Made by a program: the position numbers and the translations under genes
The notes under the pieces: generated by a model
What the model was told of the DNA's origin: nothing
Seen by the model: the letters and a program-made list of their open reading frames with translations, nothing else
Database searches by the model: none
In this document: piece by piece, positions 58,247-64,000 of the stretch
How the letters are laid out: each line of letters opens with the position of its first letter
Position numbering within the stretch: the stretch's first letter is position 1
NCBI RefSeq assembly: GCF_000372725.1
Contig: NW_005201092.1
Location: 294,395-358,394, forward strand
Direction: 5' to 3'
Source of the DNA: Emiliania huxleyi CCMP1516
Lineage: Eukaryota
DNA: 64,000 nucleotides

Positions 58247-58518
58247 GTGCCCAGTGTTGTGCGAGGGAGTTTTGTTGTAAAATTCTTTCTTGAAGCAGCG
58301 TATCTCGGTCGTTCTTCACACGGCCATCGCAGAGCAGATTGTGAATGAGCTTGCCTGCGGCGAGGGCGGTCGAGTGCACGGAGCTAAGTGCCTCGCCGTC
58401 CTCGCGGGAGTCGCTTTTAGGCGGCTCCCGTGGTGTACCTGTGTTAGTGCCAGTGCGCGCCAGTCCCGTGCCTAGTGTCGTGCGAGGGAGTTTGGTTGTA
58501 AAATTCTTTCTTTCTTTC
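58247..58518 (+). mobile_element. 3' end of the RLE-type non-LTR element (ORF end + 3'UTR), bracketed by a ~44-bp direct repeat
   Basis: KQRISVVLHTAIAEQI matches QRLSVVLHTAV at ~6035; (CTTT)n-like tail. Confidence 0.7.
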
Positions 58519-58561
58519 AGCATACTGGCACCTAGACTGGCACAACAAAAGGGCGCGGATT

Positions 58562-58865
58562 GAGGTAGAGCAAGCCTGCTCTAGCCTCGCATGTCACTTC
58601 CTGTTGTCTGTTGTTTGTTGTGCCTTTGTTTGTTCTCTTGGCACCTGGGAGTGCTGGGGGGGGGGGGGCGACAGGGAGGATGTGGCCTTGAATCATGTGT
58701 ACGCCGACTCAGGGTGTGTGGCAGCCAGCTGGCTGTGTGTCTTGTGAGCCTGTTTGTGTCTGTGTGTCGCTCGTGCGTGTCGTCATCATCTGTCTAGCGT
58801 CCACCCATACCGCGTTGGTGTCCAGTCCGAGCCTGGCTGTTCTTCACCTTTCTACCTACCTACCT
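58562..58865 (+). mobile_element. Repeat family A, 5'-truncated, (TACC)n tail
   Basis: Homology to the other family A copies. Confidence 0.8.
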
Positions 58866-59290
58866 GGGCCTAGATCGAACGCACGGACAGTCGAGAAGAC
58901 AGGCAGAGACCGACGATCGTGTCCCGGAAAGCAAACCTCCTGACCGCAACGGGCCGCGTCCCTTCTTGTGGTGATTTGTTCCATTCTTTTTCCCTCGATT
59001 TTGTTGAGTCGCTGTGAGACTTTGTGTTGCTAGAACTCTCTAATGTCGCGGCCAACACTGGGTTCCGGCTCCTAGCCGGATAGGTAGGTGGCCGTCTGTT
59101 GCCACTGACTCGCGCCAAAACGCCACATACATACCTACCTAATACCTACCGAAAAATGGCGAAAAAGGCGAAAATAGGGGGATTGCAATACCTATCTGGG
59201 ACACAGATCCCCTACGGCCTGGGAGCCCGAACCCAGTCGCTATCCGAGCCGGGCCAGGCCTGCGAGTCAGCTACCCAGCCCCAGTACAAG

Positions 59291-59779
59291 ATGCCCCTCC
59301 CAATGATCGGGGCTACTGACGAGGAGCTCTTCCCGGCGCTCAACCTCGTCTTCGTGGGCTACGCGTGCCTCATCTTCCTCCCGCGATGGCGCCACACTCC
59401 CGCCCTGACCCTCACCGTCGTCACGCTGTACTCCGCGATTTACGCCCTTCTCCTCGTCCATCGCCTCGCACTGTCGCCCACGCCGCTGCCACCAATCTCC
59501 TTCGATTCGCTCGACCACATAGCGGTGCTCTTCGCCGATCGCGCGGTGCTCTTCGCTGGGTGGGACCACTACATTGCCTTCGACCTCTTCGTCGCGCGCC
59601 ACGTGTTGCTCGACTCGCAGGCCCGCGGCATCCCGCATCTGGTCGTAGTCGGCATCGTGCCGCTTGTACTGCTTGCGGGCCCTGCAGGCTTCGTGCTTTA
59701 CATGGTGGTTGTGGTCCCACTCCACGCCGCCCTGTGTGGCGGCGTCGTGAGTGGCGAGAAGGCGGCCAAAGCGGCCTAG
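59291..59779 (+). CDS. ABA4-like (DUF4281) membrane protein
   Basis: LPRW, FDSLDHIAVLF, AGWDHYIAFDLFVAR, L..GPAGF. Confidence 0.88.
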   Translation: MPLPMIGATDEELFPALNLVFVGYACLIFLPRWRHTPALTLTVVTLYSAIYALLLVHRLALSPTPLPPISFDSLDHIAVLFADRAVLFAGWDHYIAFDLFVARHVLLDSQARGIPHLVVVGIVPLVLLAGPAGFVLYMVVVVPLHAALCGGVVSGEKAAKAA

Positions 59780-59806
59780 GGCACCGGCAAGCAACGCGCA
59801 TGGCTG

Positions 59807-60595
59807 GTGCGTGATGTGGTGCCCGATGCGGCAGAGATATATTTGCGTGGCGCTTTCGGGATCCTCGCGACCCTGTGCGCAATGATGGTGCTGTGGATCC
59901 TGGGCCTTCCGGCCACGTGGCGTGCCGGGTGGGCTTGGCATGACCGTCTCGTGGCTGCGTGGTACGAGCGCTCGATCCAGACGTTGGGCCACTTCCCTAC
60001 GCCGCTGAATCTGATTACCAAGTACAAAGGGCACTCGGTGGCACAGCTCTGCCATACCTTGCCGGGCGCGCTCTGGGCGGCCCTCATACCCTTCCAACTA
60101 CACCCTGTGGCGCGGCGGCGCTTTCGGCGGGCGCATCGCCTCGGGGGCTACGTGTTCACGGGGTCGGCGTACCTGATGATGGTAGGGTTCGCATACATTG
60201 ACGCGAAGGGTCTGGTCTACCTACACTCGGATTTCCCGCAGATCCACCCTGACCACAATACGACACGCTTTCCAGTGCACGTACCGCACGAGCCCGTTTT
60301 CCGGATGGTGGCTTGGTGGTTTGTGGTCACGATCTCCCTCGCGGTCTGGCACGCGGTGCATCGGCGAGTCAAAGAGCACAGGAGGTGGATGCTGCGCCAC
60401 GTTGCGTCTGGCATCTGGGTCGCCGTGCAGAGGCTCGTTGTGATACTCGTCAGCTCCGCGACTCCTGCAGACCAGAAGAAGACTTTCGGCGACGGCGCAC
60501 TGATCGGTGTAGCGCTGGCCTGTTCTGCGGCGGAGATCGCGGTTTGGTGCTATGAGCGCCCCGCTGGAGGTGTCAGGGGTAAGAAAGTCGTGTGA
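59807..60595 (+). CDS. DUF2306 membrane protein (start uncertain; first in-frame ATG 59882)
   Basis: HTLPGALW...FQL...RRR...HRLGGYV and A....V.EHRRWMLR motifs. Confidence 0.8.
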   Translation: MRDVVPDAAEIYLRGAFGILATLCAMMVLWILGLPATWRAGWAWHDRLVAAWYERSIQTLGHFPTPLNLITKYKGHSVAQLCHTLPGALWAALIPFQLHPVARRRFRRAHRLGGYVFTGSAYLMMVGFAYIDAKGLVYLHSDFPQIHPDHNTTRFPVHVPHEPVFRMVAWWFVVTISLAVWHAVHRRVKEHRRWMLRHVASGIWVAVQRLVVILVSSATPADQKKTFGDGALIGVALACSAAEIAVWCYERPAGGVRGKKVV

Positions 60596-60720
60596 TTCGA
60601 CGGTGTAAGGGTGTCCTAGCACGGAAGTAGTGGGCCGTTGTCGGGGGAGTGGTTTCTTCTTATCCTGCCAGGATTCCAAACTGGCGCCGCTTGCTCATCT
60701 TTATTTTATTCTTCTAAAGA

Positions 60721-60875
60721 GCGTGCGGGGAGAGCGGCATTGTGCATGGTGCGGAGTGCATTGCCGTTCTTAACGGAGTCGCTTAGGCGGCTCCGGTGGT
60801 GAGCCGGTATGTGTGCCAGTCCGCGCCAGTCCGCGCCCTTGTCGTGCCAGTGTGCTGTGAGAGAGGGTTGTATTT
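60721..60875 (+). mobile_element. Diverged 3' fragment of the RLE-type non-LTR element
   Basis: ACGESGIVHGAECIAVLNGVA* aligns with ACGEGGRVHGAKCLAVLAGVA at ~58352, and the downstream UTR is similar. Confidence 0.7.
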
Positions 60876-61355
60876 GTGTGTCTCGCGCCTTGCGGGGGGG
60901 GAGCGGAAAGGAGGAACCTCTTCCCAAGAGCACCACTCTTGGAGCGCCGCCACTACCACCCAGAGCGCTGCAAGCAGCGCCGGGCAATGACGGCCTACCG
61001 CCCACCCAGCCCCCCCTCGGCACACCCCGGCAGCCAATGTGTGACGGCTCGAACCCGCTAAGCCATCCCGCAAGCGGGATGGCCCGCCACTCGAACCCGC
61101 AAGCGGGTGTACGAACCGCGAGCGGCTCGCACTCGTGACACGCAGGCGTCCGACAGACGGCGCCGGGGCTAGGCGACCGAAGAGGAACTACGGCAAGAAC
61201 CGCACACCACCCGCTGACGTATTTAGAGAATTAAAACGTGGGGAAGGCGCTGTTTGCACAGAGTTGCCGTGTTGACCGCGTGTTGAGCGTGTTGACGCGT
61301 GTTGGCGCGTGTTGGCGGCGTGCTGCGCCGTCTTGCGCGCGTGTTGTCGGCCAAG

Positions 61356-62312
61356 ATGCCCAAGTCGGGCAAGGGCAATGCCGCCGCGACGTCCGACGAG
61401 TCGTGGTACGACAAGCAGAAGCGAGAGAACCCCGACTTCTTGGAGAAGCGCGCCAGGGAGGCGAGAGAGGCACGCGCTGCAAAGAAGGCGGCTGCGGCTG
61501 CTCCTGCGCCGGCGCCGGCACCGACGGCAACTGACGCTGGGACCGCCATGAGCCCGGGCTTCTTCGCGCGTCACATGCCCAGCGTGTTCGGCAGCAAGGC
61601 GCCGGCCGGGAACAGTGCCGCTGGCTCGAGCTCGGCGGCAGCAGCCAACGCGGCCGACGCTGCATACGCTGTCAGCGACGACGTGCCGGCGTGCCAGCGC
61701 TGCTGGGAGCAGCTCAGCGCGAGCGAGCGCGTCACAGCTGCCACGCTCGGCTTCGTCCAGTGGTCGTGGGACGCGAGCGTCATGGACCTGGACAACGACA
61801 TCGAGCCGAGGATCGACATCTACTCCAAGAAGACGCTGAGCGCTCGACGTCAACGCGCGAAGGACCTGGACCTGGCCGGCCTGCTCATCCACGAGGCTCA
61901 CGCGGTCCTCGGCATGCGGCTGCACAACCCGGTCGACATGACCTCTGCGCAGCGCGAGGGACCGATCGACGACGCGGAGTTGGAGCCGTGCTTCCTCGTG
62001 CGCGGCGTCTTCGAGTCGATGGGCAATGAAGAACGCGAGCGCTACACGGCGACGCGCTGGGTGCCGCTCGAAGAGATGACCTCGCTGATGTACGACTTCG
62101 ACGAGAACGAGCGCGGCGAGCTCTTCGAGAGCGACGCCGCCGGCGCCGACGCTTTCATCGAAACGGTGGCCCGCCTCGTCGAGGCGGCGCGAGTCAAAGT
62201 TGGCGCCGCGCAACGTGCAGCTTCGCCGGCGTCGCCTGGCTCGCGCTCGACGCGCAGCTCGCCAGGTGCATCCTCCGACAAGGCGCTCGGCAAGCGGAAG
62301 GCACGCAAGTAG
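61356..62312 (+). CDS. Hypothetical protein with basic N- and C-termini
   Basis: Intronless 318-aa ORF with GC3-rich codon usage; no domain recognised. Confidence 0.65.
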   Translation: MPKSGKGNAAATSDESWYDKQKRENPDFLEKRAREAREARAAKKAAAAAPAPAPAPTATDAGTAMSPGFFARHMPSVFGSKAPAGNSAAGSSSAAAANAADAAYAVSDDVPACQRCWEQLSASERVTAATLGFVQWSWDASVMDLDNDIEPRIDIYSKKTLSARRQRAKDLDLAGLLIHEAHAVLGMRLHNPVDMTSAQREGPIDDAELEPCFLVRGVFESMGNEERERYTATRWVPLEEMTSLMYDFDENERGELFESDAAGADAFIETVARLVEAARVKVGAAQRAASPASPGSRSTRSSPGASSDKALGKRKARK

Positions 62313-62527
62313 AGACATGTGTAGCTTCCTCTTTCCTCTTCTAACCTTCCTTTTCCCTCCCCATCCCTTCCCGGCCTCCGGCCGGCGCCTGCGGCGCCGC
62401 TCTTTTTTTCTTTTTCCGGTAACACTGTAAAAAAAATGCCTAAAACGTTACTCCTGCCAATTCGCGCGCGCCCAGGTAAGGTCGCGAGACTCGCCACTCC
62501 ACCTCGCAGGAACAAACAAAACAACTC

Positions 62528-63628
62528 ATGACACTGACCGCACCCACCTCGCTCTTCCCGCACAAGCGCAACCCGCTCCACTACTACCAGAAGAAGGTCC
62601 TCGGTCGACGCTATCCCATCGCAGCGACAAAGGGAAAGCAGGCTGACAAGCTCGGCGAGACGATCGACGACCTGGGACGAACCGCCTCTTCGTCCTCCGA
62701 CGACGACATCCACTCGCTGCCGCCAGATGAGGAGCAGGAGGCGGCCCGCCTGGAGTGGCGCGCGTACCATCTGCAGTCTGGCGATATCGACGAGGCGCTC
62801 GGCCTGAGCGTCACCGGCGAGGAGGAGGAGGAGGTCAAGGAAGCCGTCGCCAAGCTTGAGGCGGCGCGGCTCGAGTGGCGGGCGCACCACCTCGAGACTG
62901 GCGCGTACGGCGAGGCGCTCGATCTGAGCCTTTCGGCCGAGGAGCGGGAGGAGGTTGAGCGATCGATGCCGCCGCAGCCCACCTCAAGCTTCCACGACTA
63001 CCTCGCTGACCAGACCGCCTATCTGGACAGAGGCTGGCGGATGGACGCCGGCTCGCCCACCAAGGCGGAGGAGGACCTCGCGGCGATCGGCGCCAAGATC
63101 GAGCGCTCTGACGACCTCTACATGAAGAACGAGTTTGTGCAGCTCCTCTACCCAGACCGCCCGACCTCGGGCCCGCTCCAGCTCCTCGAGCTCAAGGTGG
63201 ACCGCTCCAAGCAGTGGCTGCCCTCGCCGCAGCTGCTCTTCATGCAGGCGGTCGTCGGGCTCGGCCGGTGCGCCAACGTGGACACGACCTTCGAGTTCAC
63301 CGAGGGCCGCGTGCGCGAGAAGAACATCCTCAACCGCTGCGTGCCAAAGGCGATGCCAGAGGCGCTGGACCACGTCGTCGGGGGCTTCGTCTCGCCGAGC
63401 CAGGCGGTCGATGTTGCCGCCTCCAACGGCTTTCCATGCGGCTTCTTTACCGGCCGCTGGCCGCTCCCCTGCCTGCCTCCCACCGGGCAGTACGGCTCGT
63501 TGACCATCGAGTCGTGCGAGGACGGCAAGCTGAGCCTCGCGGGCTACACCAAGGCGCGCGGCCACTACATTGCGGTGCTCGACATCTCCGGGCTGGAGGG
63601 CAATCGCCAGCGCCACACGGAGTGGTGA
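62528..63628 (+). CDS. Hypothetical protein with an internal ~41-aa duplication
   Basis: 366-aa ORF; EAARLEWRAYHLQSGDIDEALGLS / EAARLEWRAHHLETGAYGEALDLS. Confidence 0.75.
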   Translation: MTLTAPTSLFPHKRNPLHYYQKKVLGRRYPIAATKGKQADKLGETIDDLGRTASSSSDDDIHSLPPDEEQEAARLEWRAYHLQSGDIDEALGLSVTGEEEEEVKEAVAKLEAARLEWRAHHLETGAYGEALDLSLSAEEREEVERSMPPQPTSSFHDYLADQTAYLDRGWRMDAGSPTKAEEDLAAIGAKIERSDDLYMKNEFVQLLYPDRPTSGPLQLLELKVDRSKQWLPSPQLLFMQAVVGLGRCANVDTTFEFTEGRVREKNILNRCVPKAMPEALDHVVGGFVSPSQAVDVAASNGFPCGFFTGRWPLPCLPPTGQYGSLTIESCEDGKLSLAGYTKARGHYIAVLDISGLEGNRQRHTEW

Positions 63629-64000
63629 GCTTCTGACCGATCATGCCGGGGAACCGAGAATGCCGCGAGACGCTCTGGGGGGAGCGGGTGTTCTCGGGGG
63701 GCCCAGGCAGTGAAAGTGAACCAGTGTGAAATGTGTGTGGAGTGTGGTGGGTCGTTTGCGTGTGGGCGTGGCCCTCTCGAACTCGAGGTCCGCTCCGAGG
63801 CGTGCTGCGAGCGCCTGTGTGCTTTTGAGTCGGATTTTGTCCAATGCGCTGTGAAAACTGGACGCTCGTGTGAGTCTCTCTCTCGCGCCGCTGTAGACCG
63901 CGTTTTGCCGCGCGCATCGCTATCGACTATCGTCGACATTCGAGCCCAAATCCCAAAAGACACATGCCACGCGAGTAGAACTGAACTGATCCACTGATCG

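Overview
GC-rich eukaryotic genomic DNA with two assembly gaps. GC-AG introns full of ~10-bp repeats and the gene content suggest a haptophyte such as Emiliania/Gephyrocapsa huxleyi (inference). About 22 genes or gene remnants are recognisable: two GT90/CAP10-like glycosyltransferases, a spliced GT32-SGNH-GT15 tri-domain glycan enzyme, an ShK-prolyl-4-hydroxylase-ankyrin protein, an ankyrin-IRAK/Pelle kinase-RING protein, V-ATPase subunit F, a MOSC protein, a multi-TM TKL kinase, a sulfotransferase with a membrane tail, a type-B carboxylesterase, an IQ/EF-hand protein, a CorA-like transporter, a 2OG-Fe(II) oxygenase, a short VPS13-like protein, an ABA4-like protein and a DUF2306 protein. There are also four dispersed retroelement-like repeat families, microsatellites and a ~1 kb fold-back. 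The most striking pattern is that many introns carry a direct-repeat copy of their own exon-junction sequence (mostly 11-35 bp, usually spanning CAG|GY) around low-complexity filler, sometimes as progressively longer 'stutter' copies. This suggests a duplication-driven mechanism that creates or expands introns. All domain calls come from reading motifs by eye, and exon boundaries are manual predictions.
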